DNA of 64,000 nucleotides, taken from Bifidobacteriaceae bacterium. GTDB taxonomy: Bacteria > Actinomycetota > Actinomycetes > Actinomycetales > WQXJ01. The translations under genes and the position numbers were made by a program. Below, piece by piece: positions 31,039 through 39,421 of this stretch (its first letter is position 1; each line of letters begins with the position of its first letter). The stretch lies in the NCBI GenBank assembly GCA_031268215.1, contig JAIRXP010000004.1, forward strand, positions 458 through 64,457, written 5' to 3'. The notes beneath the pieces were generated by a model, which was not told the DNA's origin, searched no databases, and saw nothing but the letters and a program-made list of their open reading frames with translations.

Positions 31039-31920
31039 GTGGCAAGTCCCTCACAGTGGTTGGCGGCGTCGCGGCCCCGCACTCTCCCAGCCGCTATCGC
31101 TCCAGTAGTGCTCGGCGTTTTCACGGTCTGGCGAGTTGAGTCCCCACCCCGGTGGGACCGCGCTGGACTGGCCCTAGTGGTAGCGCTAGTGCTGCAGATT
31201 GGCGTCAATTTCGCCAACGATTATTCTGACGGCGTGCGCGGCTCGGACCGCGACCGGCACGGCCCGGCCCGCCTGGTCGGATCCGGTGCCGCTTCTCCCG
31301 GGGCGGTCAAAGGGGCGGCCTTCGCGGCCTTCGCGGTGGCCGCGGCGGCCGGCGCGGCCCTGACCTGGCTAACCGGGCAATGGTGGCTCCTGGCCGTTGG
31401 GCCCGCCGCTATCGCGGCAGCCTGGTTTTACACCGGCGGCAAGCACCCTTACGGCTACTTGGGCTTGGGCGAAGTCGGCGTGTTCATTTTCTTTGGCCCA
31501 GTGGCGGTGCTGGGCACCGCCTACACCCAGCATCTGACCATCAACTGGCGCGCTGGCTTGGGCTCAATCGGCATTGGGCTGATCGCTTCCGCCATCTTGA
31601 TGGCGAACAATTTGCGAGATATTTCTTCCGACAAAGCGGCCGGCAAAATGACTTTGGCCGTCAAACTGGGCGAGGACCGGGCCCGGAATCTGTACGCGTG
31701 GGAAATGTGGCTGGCCATGGCGGTCGGTGCCGCCTGCGCCATTGGCCGGCCCCGCATACTCGTGGTGCTTCTGATGGCGATCCCAACCGCCCGCCTGGCG
31801 AGCGCCGTCACTTCGAGGATCAAGGGCGACGAGTTGGTCGCCATCCTGACCAGGACGGGCCAAGTCGAGCTGGGTTACGCCATCCTCCTGGGATTGGCGA
31901 CAGCCGATCTGCTGTCCTGA
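31039..31920 (+). CDS. menA: 1,4-dihydroxy-2-naphthoate polyprenyltransferase
   Basis: RPRTLPA, NFANDYSDG, YTGG..PYGY.GLGE and NNLRDI..D...GK.TLAV motifs. Confidence 0.95.
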   Translation: MASPSQWLAASRPRTLPAAIAPVVLGVFTVWRVESPPRWDRAGLALVVALVLQIGVNFANDYSDGVRGSDRDRHGPARLVGSGAASPGAVKGAAFAAFAVAAAAGAALTWLTGQWWLLAVGPAAIAAAWFYTGGKHPYGYLGLGEVGVFIFFGPVAVLGTAYTQHLTINWRAGLGSIGIGLIASAILMANNLRDISSDKAAGKMTLAVKLGEDRARNLYAWEMWLAMAVGAACAIGRPRILVVLLMAIPTARLASAVTSRIKGDELVAILTRTGQVELGYAILLGLATADLLS

Positions 31921-31948
31921 GCCAGAGCCTCAAAGTCCCAATCAGTTC

Positions 31949-31979
31949 CCCGCGCGGGAGGCGCCGCCTCCCGCGCGGG
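31949..31979 (+). terminator. GC-rich inverted repeat downstream of menA (probable terminator)
   Basis: CCCGCGCGGGAGG-CGCCG-CCTCCCGCGCGGG, a perfect 13-bp stem. Confidence 0.5.
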
Positions 31980-31988
31980 CCGGCGCGT

Positions 31989-32174
31989 CCGAAACTCCTC
32001 CGAACTTGGGGAAACCGCCAACTTAGGAGGAGTTCGAGACACCATCAACCGGGGACCCTCACCCGGCCAAAGCGCTGACCAGGGCAAACGCTGGAAGCGC
32101 TGGAACGGCATCGGGCAAGAACGGCCGAAACCCCTCCCAAGTTGAGGCAGTTGCCAAGTTAGGAGGGGTTCGGG
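31989..32174. repeat. Pair of 50-nt REP-like imperfect palindromes
   Basis: 31989-32038 and 32125-32174 are 39/50 identical without gaps. Each has an AAC(T/C)CCTCC...GGAGG(A/G)GTT stem. Confidence 0.75.
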
Positions 32175-32275
32175 CCAGGCCGCCGGCGTCAAGCAATGGC
32201 GAAAAGCCAGCGCGGCCCGAAGCCCGGGCAGAAGGGGTGGGACCGGCGCTGGCCAACGATCTGTAGGCTGGTTCC

Positions 32276-32680
32276 GTGGTTAGAATCCTGCTGCTCTACA
32301 TTCTTCCGCTGGCCCTATGGCTTTACGGGGTGATCGACTGCGCCGCGGACGACGACGTCGAGCGCACCGGCATGCCCAAGATCCTCTGGATGGTCATCAT
32401 CATCCTCTTCCCCTACCTTGGCGCGTTAGCCTGGATCGCCGTATCGAAGATCGCCAAGCCAAAGACCCAGCGCGTTTCCCGTCCGGCCAACCGGCCGGCT
32501 AGCACGCTGCCCAACCGGGCCCCGCGCCGGCCGGCACCCGTCGCGCCGGATGACAACCCGGAGTTCCTGCGCCGGTTAGCGGAGGACCAAGCCCGGCGCG
32601 AGCGCGAGCGCCGCCGGGGCGGACGGAGCGGTGGCGACAACCCCACTGGCAAAGGCCCAGGCGAAGGACCGCGGGCTTAA
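32276..32680 (+). CDS. PLDc_N-domain small membrane protein
   Basis: LWLYGVIDC...MPKILWMVIIILFPYLGALAW hairpin and the APDDNPEFL motif typical of this actinobacterial family. Confidence 0.85.
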   Translation: MVRILLLYILPLALWLYGVIDCAADDDVERTGMPKILWMVIIILFPYLGALAWIAVSKIAKPKTQRVSRPANRPASTLPNRAPRRPAPVAPDDNPEFLRRLAEDQARRERERRRGGRSGGDNPTGKGPGEGPRA

Positions 32681-32696
32681 TCGGGACGCCGCTGCG

Positions 32697-33332
32697 TCAG
32701 CGCAATGCCGGCGGCAACAAGTCCGCCGCTGGTTCGTAATATCTGACCGCACTGAGTTTGTCGCCCTCATACACCAAAGATGTGACGGACGCCAAGGAAC
32801 AAGCCCGGCCGCGCGGAAGCGGCCAAAGCAAGCGGCCTTCGCTCCGCAAACGGGCCCGCCAGATGGGTGATTGATGCGACACCACCACGGCGCGGCCGCC
32901 AGGGATTTCAGCGCGCAGACCGTCCAAGACGCGGTGCATCCGGTCAGCGATTTCTTTGAAGGGTTCACCCCACGACGGCTTGAAGGGGTCGCAGAGCCGA
33001 GCCAGGGCGGCTGGCTTGATCAAATTGGCGAAGGAGATATGCACGCCGGCGAACCTAGAGCCCGCCTCCGTCACCAATGGTTCGGTGCGGATGTCCAGGC
33101 CCAAGGCCTCAGCTATGGGAACCGCGGTTTCCTGAGCCCGCTCCAATGGGCTGGCCAGGAGAAGATCCGCCTCTTGCCCGCCAGCAGCGGCGAAGTGATC
33201 CGCGACCTTCTGAGCCATCTGGCGACCAAGTTCGGATAAATGGAACCCGGGCAGGCGCTCGTAGTGCAGCTCGTCCGGGTTATGCACTTCGCCATGGCGG
33301 ACAAGATCAATGGTGGTTCGTGGCTGGACCAT
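32697..33332 (-). CDS. Histidine phosphatase family protein (Rv0525-like)
   Basis: VRHGEVHNP, SPLERAQETA, PSWGEP and VSHQ motifs. Confidence 0.88.
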   Translation of the reverse strand: MVQPRTTIDLVRHGEVHNPDELHYERLPGFHLSELGRQMAQKVADHFAAAGGQEADLLLASPLERAQETAVPIAEALGLDIRTEPLVTEAGSRFAGVHISFANLIKPAALARLCDPFKPSWGEPFKEIADRMHRVLDGLRAEIPGGRAVVVSHQSPIWRARLRSEGRLLWPLPRGRACSLASVTSLVYEGDKLSAVRYYEPAADLLPPALR

Positions 33333-33454
33333 GCCTTCTAGTCTGAATGGCGGACCGAATTAGGTCCAATTGATGACCGTCTGGCTCCCAATTTGGCCAG
33401 GTAATAGGCCCCCGGCGGTTGGCAGGCGGGGCTGACCGGGGAATACTTGGTGTG

Positions 33455-34297
33455 GTGACCGAAACGCCCGGCGCCGCCCCGCCGCCTACCCCTGTGGGCG
33501 GGTCCGCCTGTCCAGACAAGGTGGCGGCCTTTTTCGATGTGGACAACACCATCCTGCGCGGCGCCAGTGCCTTTCACCTGGGGATAGGCCTGTTCCGGCG
33601 GCGGTTCTTGTCGGTGCGGGACGTGGTGCGGGTCTTCCACATCAACTTGCGTTACGTGCTGTTTGGTGAATCGGATAGCGGCATGAGCGCTGTTCGGACG
33701 CGTTCGCTTGAGGCGATCAGGGGCCGGCCAGTCGCCCAAATGGTGACCGTAGCGGAACAGGTATGGGACAAAGTTCTCTCAGCGCGAGTGTTTCCCGGCG
33801 CGAAAGCACTGGTAGATGACCATTTGGCGAAGGGCCATGAGGTCTGGCTTATCTCAGCCACGCCAACCACGGTGGTGGACCTGGTGGCGGCCAGAGTGGG
33901 CGCCACCGGTGGTTTGGGGACGGACGCTGAAGCGGTCGATGGCTATTACACCGGCCGGCTGGTTGGAGGTTTGCTTCACGGACCGGTCAAGGCGACGGCC
34001 GCCCAGCGCCTGGCTGACCAATGCGGGATTGACCTGGCCGCTTCCTACGCCTACGGAGATTCGGCTAACGACATCCCGATTCTGTCGCTGGTGGGACACC
34101 CCTGCGGCATCAACCCTGACCGGCGCCTGCGCCGCTACTGCCGCGAGCACCACTGGCCGACCCGCGAGTTCCGCGACACCCGCCGGGCGGTACGGCGGTC
34201 GCTGCGAGCGGCATCGCGCGTGGGAGCGGTTTGGGTTATCTGGGTGATAGCGCAGCGGCTGTTACGCGGCAGGCGTCGCGGCGGCCGGCGGCCCTAA
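33455..34297 (+). CDS. HAD-IB family hydrolase (SerB1/Rv0505c-like)
   Basis: AAFFDVDNT, LISAT, LHGPVK and YAYGDSAND motifs. Start uncertain (33419-33455). Confidence 0.88.
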   Translation: MTETPGAAPPPTPVGGSACPDKVAAFFDVDNTILRGASAFHLGIGLFRRRFLSVRDVVRVFHINLRYVLFGESDSGMSAVRTRSLEAIRGRPVAQMVTVAEQVWDKVLSARVFPGAKALVDDHLAKGHEVWLISATPTTVVDLVAARVGATGGLGTDAEAVDGYYTGRLVGGLLHGPVKATAAQRLADQCGIDLAASYAYGDSANDIPILSLVGHPCGINPDRRLRRYCREHHWPTREFRDTRRAVRRSLRAASRVGAVWVIWVIAQRLLRGRRRGGRRP

Positions 34298-34351
34298 CGC
34301 GACGCCCCTGGCCCGCGAGTTTGGCCCGGGAAGGCCGCCCAGAGCGCCACA

Positions 34352-34972
34352 TCATTCCGCGAAGACTTCGACGATCCCGCCCCCGGCCCAGTCAGCCCCA
34401 ACCGGGCTGGCCAGCAAGTCGACCATCAAGGCCACCTTTTCGCCGGTATGGATATGATTGCCGGCCTGTTTCGCGGTCCAAGTCAAGCCGAAAGCCCGGC
34501 GGTCAATCCGGGTGGTGGCCGTGAAGCCAACCACCGGAACGCCGGTCTGGGATTGGTCAACTCCAGCGAACTGGGCGGTGAAACTGATGGCATGAGTCTG
34601 GCCGTGGATGGTCGCGAGCCCCTCAACCAGCAGATCATCAGCCGAGCGGACAATCACCGTCGATTCAAAACTCCACACTGGGAAAGAGATGACATCGAAG
34701 AAGTTGGGACCGCGCAGCAGATCATCGCGGTCACCTGAGCCGGTCGAGATTCCCGCCGGGTCCAGCGCCAAGTTGATCTTGGACGAACCGAGGTCAGCAC
34801 CGACCGTGATCAGCCCGCCAGAAACTGGCAAGAGCCCATGGATTCTAGAGACATAGGCGCGTGAGACAGCGAAATGAGCGGCCGAGTTGTGACGGTCAAT
34901 CAACCAATCACCGGGCGTCAGATCGGTCCAGGCGATCATGGCGGAAGCGGGTGGCGCGGCGGTCTGTGTCAT
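34352..34972 (-). CDS. YceI family (polyisoprenoid-binding) protein
   Basis: W.ID..NS, ISTGSGDRDDLLRGPNFFDV, G.ATIHG.T and IDRRAFGLTW motifs. GGAGG RBS before ATG 34972. Confidence 0.85.
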   Translation of the reverse strand: MTQTAAPPASAMIAWTDLTPGDWLIDRHNSAAHFAVSRAYVSRIHGLLPVSGGLITVGADLGSSKINLALDPAGISTGSGDRDDLLRGPNFFDVISFPVWSFESTVIVRSADDLLVEGLATIHGQTHAISFTAQFAGVDQSQTGVPVVGFTATTRIDRRAFGLTWTAKQAGNHIHTGEKVALMVDLLASPVGADWAGGGIVEVFAE

Positions 34973-35170
34973 AAGGATTCCTCCGTCTTGTGGATGCGCT
35001 GAGGTCCTCAATCTAAGCTGGCCGCGGCCGGCGCCGCCCGGCGGGGGCGACGAATCTCAGAGGCTGGCCAGCCGTGCCATAATTCTTGACGAGTACTGCC
35101 TCCGGCGACCGCCAGGCGGCCGCTGGTCTATCAAACCGGGGTCCTGAGGGCAGGACAAACCGGCCGGCGG

Positions 35171-35269
35171 CTACTTCTTGTTGCGCCGCTGATGCCGGGT
35201 TTTGCGCAGCAGTTTGCGGTGCTTCTTCTTGGCCATCCGCTTGCGGCGCTTCTTAATTACCGACCCCAT
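35171..35269 (-). CDS. 30S ribosomal protein bS22 (AURKAIP1/COX24 domain, Rv0500B-like)
   Basis: Below the ORF-track cutoff. Manual translation MGSVIKKRRKRMAKKKHRKLLRKTRHQRRNKK; GAGGA RBS. Confidence 0.95.
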   Translation of the reverse strand: MGSVIKKRRKRMAKKKHRKLLRKTRHQRRNKK

Positions 35270-35424
35270 ACGGTCCTCACAGTTCTGCTAGTTCGTCACC
35301 TGCCGGCTTCGCGCCATGAGCGAAGACACCGGCAAAGCATCTTACCCCGGATCGTCAACTCGGTGCCGCGGAAGCCGCGGAAGTTGCGGAAGCGGCACGG
35401 GACCACCAAGGCGGCGGATACGGA

Positions 35425-35631
35425 TCAGGCACTTTGAGCAGACTGCCCTGGCTCCCAGTTGGACCGGTCTGACAGCCATTCGTCCAGAGCCGCCGCTGGG
35501 ATGCGGTAAGAGCGGCCAACCTTCAGAGCCCGGATCTCCCCGCTGGTGATCAGGCGATAGATGGTCATGTCTGAGACCCGCAACGTGGCGGCGACCTCTG
35601 ACACGGTCAAGAACGCCGGCGTCGAATCCAT
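35425..35631 (-). CDS. Excisionase-like HTH DNA-binding protein (Rv0500A-like)
   Basis: FLTVSEVAATLRVSDMTIYRLITSGEIRALKVGRSYRIP; conserved position upstream of bS22. Confidence 0.9.
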   Translation of the reverse strand: MDSTPAFLTVSEVAATLRVSDMTIYRLITSGEIRALKVGRSYRIPAAALDEWLSDRSNWEPGQSAQSA

Positions 35632-35701
35632 ACCCAAGCTTTCTGGAGTGAGTGGTGTTGTCAATGTCCACTGTAGTGATAGTTGTTGTTAGTGTGAACC
35701 C

Positions 35702-37078
35702 ATGCGGGAAGGATCGCCCACAGTCAGCGGGCCGCCGCACTCGCTTGGCGACCGCCTGGCCCACGCATCACCAGCGCGCCTGGCCGTGGCCGCCTTCAGC
35801 CTGGTGGTTCTGGTGGTCGCAGTCCTCTTGTGCCTGCCGCTGGCCCGCGCCGGAGCCTATTCGCCAGGCATAGTTGACGCCATCTTCACGGCCACCTCCG
35901 CCGTCTGCGTCACCGGTCTGACTACCGTGCCGACAGCCGAATACTGGTCCGGATTTGGCCAAGTGGTGATCGTGGCGGGAATGCAGATAGGCGGCCTAGG
36001 CGTGATGACCCTGGGGTCCCTGCTCTCGCTCGCGGCCTCCCGACGGTTGGGCCTACGCTCAAAGGTGCTGACGGCATCGGAAACCGGGACCTCCCGGCTA
36101 GGCGAGGTCGGAATCCTGGTACGGGCCGTCGCCATCATCTCCCTGGCCGCTGAACTCCTTCTCATGGCGGTCCTCACTCCAAAGTTCATGATGGCTGGCG
36201 AAAGCCTTGGGACAGCGCTGTGGCACGGGCTGTTTTATGGGGTCTCAGCGTTCAACAACGCTGGGTTCGTCCCCACGGAGGCCGGGCTAGAAGCGTTCGC
36301 GTCCGACTGGTGGGTGCTGGCACCAATTATGACGGCAGTCTTCGTGGGCTCGCTCGGCTTCCCGGTGATCCTTGATCTGACTCGGCATTGGCGCCACCCC
36401 TCCGCTCTATCCCTGCATTCCAAACTGACCATTAGCTGCTGCCTGGTGCTATTGGGATTCTCCTGGGTCGCGTTCACCGCCATCGAGTGGAACAACCCCG
36501 GCACCGTCGGTCCCCTGTCCGCTGGCGCTACCGTACTGAACACACTATTCGCGGGCGTGATGACCCGCTCCGGTGGATTCGCCACCGTTGACATCAGCCA
36601 GCAGCACCCGGCCACGACCTTGTTGCAGGACGCTTTGATGTTCGTGGGCGGCGGCTCCGCCTCGACCGCCGGCGGGATCAAAGTGACCACCTTGGCGGTG
36701 ATGCTCCTGGCCATCCGCGCCGAGGCCCGCGGCGACCGCGACATGGAGGCGTTCGGACGGCGGATCGAGCCGTCCATCCTGCGAGTGGCGGTGACCGTGG
36801 CCGTCGCCTCCGTGATGTTCGTCTTCACCGGGGCGCTGATCCTGAGCTTGATCTGCGACGCGCCGCTGGCCGCCATCCTGTTTGAATGCGTCTCCGCCTT
36901 CGCTACCTGCGGGCTATCAACCGGCCTGGCCACCACCTTGCCGCCGCTTGGCAAACTGACCCTGGCGGCGCTGATGCTGACTGGGCGCCTTGGCACCATG
37001 ACCATCGCTACTTCGGTGGCCATGACCAACCGCCGCCGAGTCATCCGCTTGCCGGAGGACCGTCCAATTGTCGGGTAA
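35702..37078 (+). CDS. TrkH/KtrB family K+ uptake membrane subunit
   Basis: Four pore motifs SAVCVTGL, SAFNNAGF, TRSGGF and SAFATCGLS; GGSASTAGGIK. Confidence 0.93.
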   Translation: MREGSPTVSGPPHSLGDRLAHASPARLAVAAFSLVVLVVAVLLCLPLARAGAYSPGIVDAIFTATSAVCVTGLTTVPTAEYWSGFGQVVIVAGMQIGGLGVMTLGSLLSLAASRRLGLRSKVLTASETGTSRLGEVGILVRAVAIISLAAELLLMAVLTPKFMMAGESLGTALWHGLFYGVSAFNNAGFVPTEAGLEAFASDWWVLAPIMTAVFVGSLGFPVILDLTRHWRHPSALSLHSKLTISCCLVLLGFSWVAFTAIEWNNPGTVGPLSAGATVLNTLFAGVMTRSGGFATVDISQQHPATTLLQDALMFVGGGSASTAGGIKVTTLAVMLLAIRAEARGDRDMEAFGRRIEPSILRVAVTVAVASVMFVFTGALILSLICDAPLAAILFECVSAFATCGLSTGLATTLPPLGKLTLAALMLTGRLGTMTIATSVAMTNRRRVIRLPEDRPIVG

Positions 37079-37121
37079 ACCGCCGGCCGCTCACCGCCGC
37101 CGGTTATGAAAGGATCGTCAA

Positions 37122-37814
37122 ATGGAGCAGAGACAGGGGGTCGGCCTACCGAGCGCCCCCATGCCGACCGATGGCGCGGTGTTGGTGATCGGAATGGGCC
37201 GGTTTGGCTCACGTTTAGCGCTGACAGTGGACCGGCTGGGCCGCGAGGTCCTGGCGGTCGAGAAGGAGCCCGAAGTGATCCGGCGCTGGTCCGGCCGCCT
37301 GCCGCTGATCGAGGCCGACTGCACTGACCCAGAAGCACTGGAACAGTTAGGCGCCCGTGATTTCCCCATCGCGGTGGTGGGAGTTGGCACCGCCTTGGAG
37401 GCATCCGTGCTGATCACGTCCAATCTGGTCGATCTAGGGCTGAACCAGGTCTGGGCCAAGGCCACCTCCTCGGAGCACGCCCGCATCCTCCGGCGGATTG
37501 GCGCCAACCAAGTCATCTTGCCTGAGGCCGATGCCGGCGAAAGAGTCGCGCACTTGGTTTCCGGCCGCCTGCTGGACTACATCGAGTTTGAGGATGGATT
37601 CACAATCGTTAAGATGCACCCACCCAAGGAGATGATTGGCTTCACCCTGGGCCAGTCGCAGATCCGCAAGAAATATGGTGTGACAGTGATTGGGGTGAAG
37701 TCACCGGGCCAGGAGTTCGAGTACGCCACGCAGGACACCCGCGTCTCGCAGCAGGATCTGCTGATTGTGTCCGGCAACACGACGCTGCTGGACCGGTTCG
37801 CGGCCCGCCCCTGA
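37122..37814 (+). CDS. TrkA/KtrA family RCK regulatory subunit
   Basis: VIGMGRFG, AKATS..H.RIL..IGA.QVI.PE motifs and an RCK_C domain. Confidence 0.92.
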   Translation: MEQRQGVGLPSAPMPTDGAVLVIGMGRFGSRLALTVDRLGREVLAVEKEPEVIRRWSGRLPLIEADCTDPEALEQLGARDFPIAVVGVGTALEASVLITSNLVDLGLNQVWAKATSSEHARILRRIGANQVILPEADAGERVAHLVSGRLLDYIEFEDGFTIVKMHPPKEMIGFTLGQSQIRKKYGVTVIGVKSPGQEFEYATQDTRVSQQDLLIVSGNTTLLDRFAARP

Positions 37815-37828
37815 GCGCGGCAGCGTCG

Positions 37829-37888
37829 GGCCGCACGGCGCCAGGCCGCACGGCACTAAGACGTGCGGCATCAAGACGTGCGGCGGCG
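37829..37888. repeat. Degenerate 4 x 15-bp tandem repeat with dyad symmetry between convergent genes
   Basis: GGCCGCACGGCGCCA / GGCCGCACGGCACTA / AGACGTGCGGCATCA / AGACGTGCGGCGGCG. Confidence 0.7.
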
Positions 37889-38605
37889 GAGCGTCAGCAC
37901 GCCAAGGACCAGGGCCAATACCGCGAAACCCGCCACCAAGGCGGCGTCCGGGCCCGCATCCTGCCAGCCCCGGCCGGCGGCGATGTCGTTGATCGCCTCG
38001 ATGGCGTAGGTGAACGGCGCCACATCTGACACCCACTGGAGAACCTCCGGCATCCGTTCGCGCGGCATGACCAGGCCGCAGACCACGAGCTGGGGGACAA
38101 TCACCACCGGCAGCATTTGGACAGCCTGGAATTCGGTTTTGGCCAGGGACGATGCCGCCAACCCCAGTGACGAACCAAGTACCGCATCCAGCACGGCAAT
38201 TCCCATAACCGCCCACAGCGGTCCGGTCACGTCCATGCCGCAAACCCAGTGGGCCCAGGCCGTGAGCACCACCGCCTGGAGGGTGGCTAGGAGCGCGAAG
38301 GCCAGGGCGTAACCGATCAAGAAATCAGCTTTCCCGACGGGCGTAGTCATCAGGCGTTCCAGTGTGCCGCTAGTCCGTTCCCGCAGGGTGGTAACGGATG
38401 TGACCAGGAACATCACGAAGGCCGGGAAGATGGCCAGGAGCATGGGGCCAAACCGGTCGATCACCATTGGAGTGTCATTGAACATCCAGGCCACCAGGCC
38501 CAGCAGCACGCACGGCACCACCATGACCATCCCGATCGAACGCGGGTCATGCCGTAGCTGCGTCAAGATCCGGCGGCAAGTCGCCAAGGTGCGGTGCGGG
38601 GTCAT
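37871..38605 (-). CDS. ABC-2 type exporter permease
   Basis: QLRHDPRS, RERTSGTLERLMTTP and EFQAVQ motifs; about 6 TM segments. Confidence 0.9.
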   Translation of the reverse strand: MTPHRTLATCRRILTQLRHDPRSIGMVMVVPCVLLGLVAWMFNDTPMVIDRFGPMLLAIFPAFVMFLVTSVTTLRERTSGTLERLMTTPVGKADFLIGYALAFALLATLQAVVLTAWAHWVCGMDVTGPLWAVMGIAVLDAVLGSSLGLAASSLAKTEFQAVQMLPVVIVPQLVVCGLVMPRERMPEVLQWVSDVAPFTYAIEAINDIAAGRGWQDAGPDAALVAGFAVLALVLGVLTLRRRTS

Positions 38606-39390
38606 TCGCTGCCCCCTTCCGGGTGATCTGTGCGGTCAGCGTCGTCTTGGCGGGCGGCATCGTCCTTGCCGGCCTGGCGCTCCAAGGCTAGGAAAGCCTC
38701 CTCGGCGTTGGCGGCGCCAGTCAAACTGAGCAGACCGGCCGGGGTCGAATCAGCCAGGAGGCGACCCTCGCTGAGCAAGATCAACCGGTCACAGCGAGTG
38801 GCCTCATCCATCACATGCGAGGACACCAACAGCGTGGTCCCAGCTCCGGCCAGTTCACGGAAGAGGACCCACAGCGATTGGCGCAGAACCGGGTCCAGCC
38901 CCACGGTTGGTTCATCCAGCACCAGCAAGTCCGGGTTTCCCAGCAACGCCACCGCCAGCGATGTCCGGGAACGTTCGCCACCGGACAGGTTGGACACTTT
39001 GTCACCGGCGTGGCCCACCAGGTCCACCTGGTTCATCACTTCGGCTACCCGTCCGGGGCCAGCATCCAACAAAGCGCCGAAGTAGCGGAGGTTCTCCGCC
39101 ACCGTCAGGTCGGCATAGACAGACGGGGACTGCGTCATGTAACCGACCCGGCGGCGCAGGGCGGCCGCGCCCGCCGGAAGACCCAAGACCTGGACGGTCC
39201 CACCAGCCACAATTTGGACTCCGACTATCGCCCGCATCAACGTGGTCTTGCCGCTGCCGGACGGCCCCAACAGCCCCGCCACCTGCCCACGAGGTATGAC
39301 CAGGTCAAGACCCGGCAAAACAAGCCGCTTGCCACGGACTACTCTCAGGCCGGTTGTCCGGACGGCCGGTGACTCGTCTCGTTTGCTCAC
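38602..39390 (-). CDS. ABC exporter ATP-binding subunit
   Basis: GPSGSGKTT, LSGGE, LDEPTVGLDP and SSH motifs; probable GTG start at 39390. Confidence 0.92.
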   Translation of the reverse strand: MSKRDESPAVRTTGLRVVRGKRLVLPGLDLVIPRGQVAGLLGPSGSGKTTLMRAIVGVQIVAGGTVQVLGLPAGAAALRRRVGYMTQSPSVYADLTVAENLRYFGALLDAGPGRVAEVMNQVDLVGHAGDKVSNLSGGERSRTSLAVALLGNPDLLVLDEPTVGLDPVLRQSLWVLFRELAGAGTTLLVSSHVMDEATRCDRLILLSEGRLLADSTPAGLLSLTGAANAEEAFLALERQAGKDDAARQDDADRTDHPEGGSE

Positions 39391-39421
39391 TCGCGACCCC
39401 TTTCGTGGCGATGGGCGGCAG

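Noticed and set aside
35425-35664. Excisionase-like gene as evidence of a prophage or ICE
   Set aside because: It is the core Rv0500A-like HTH gene next to bS22; no integrase, att site or phage genes nearby.
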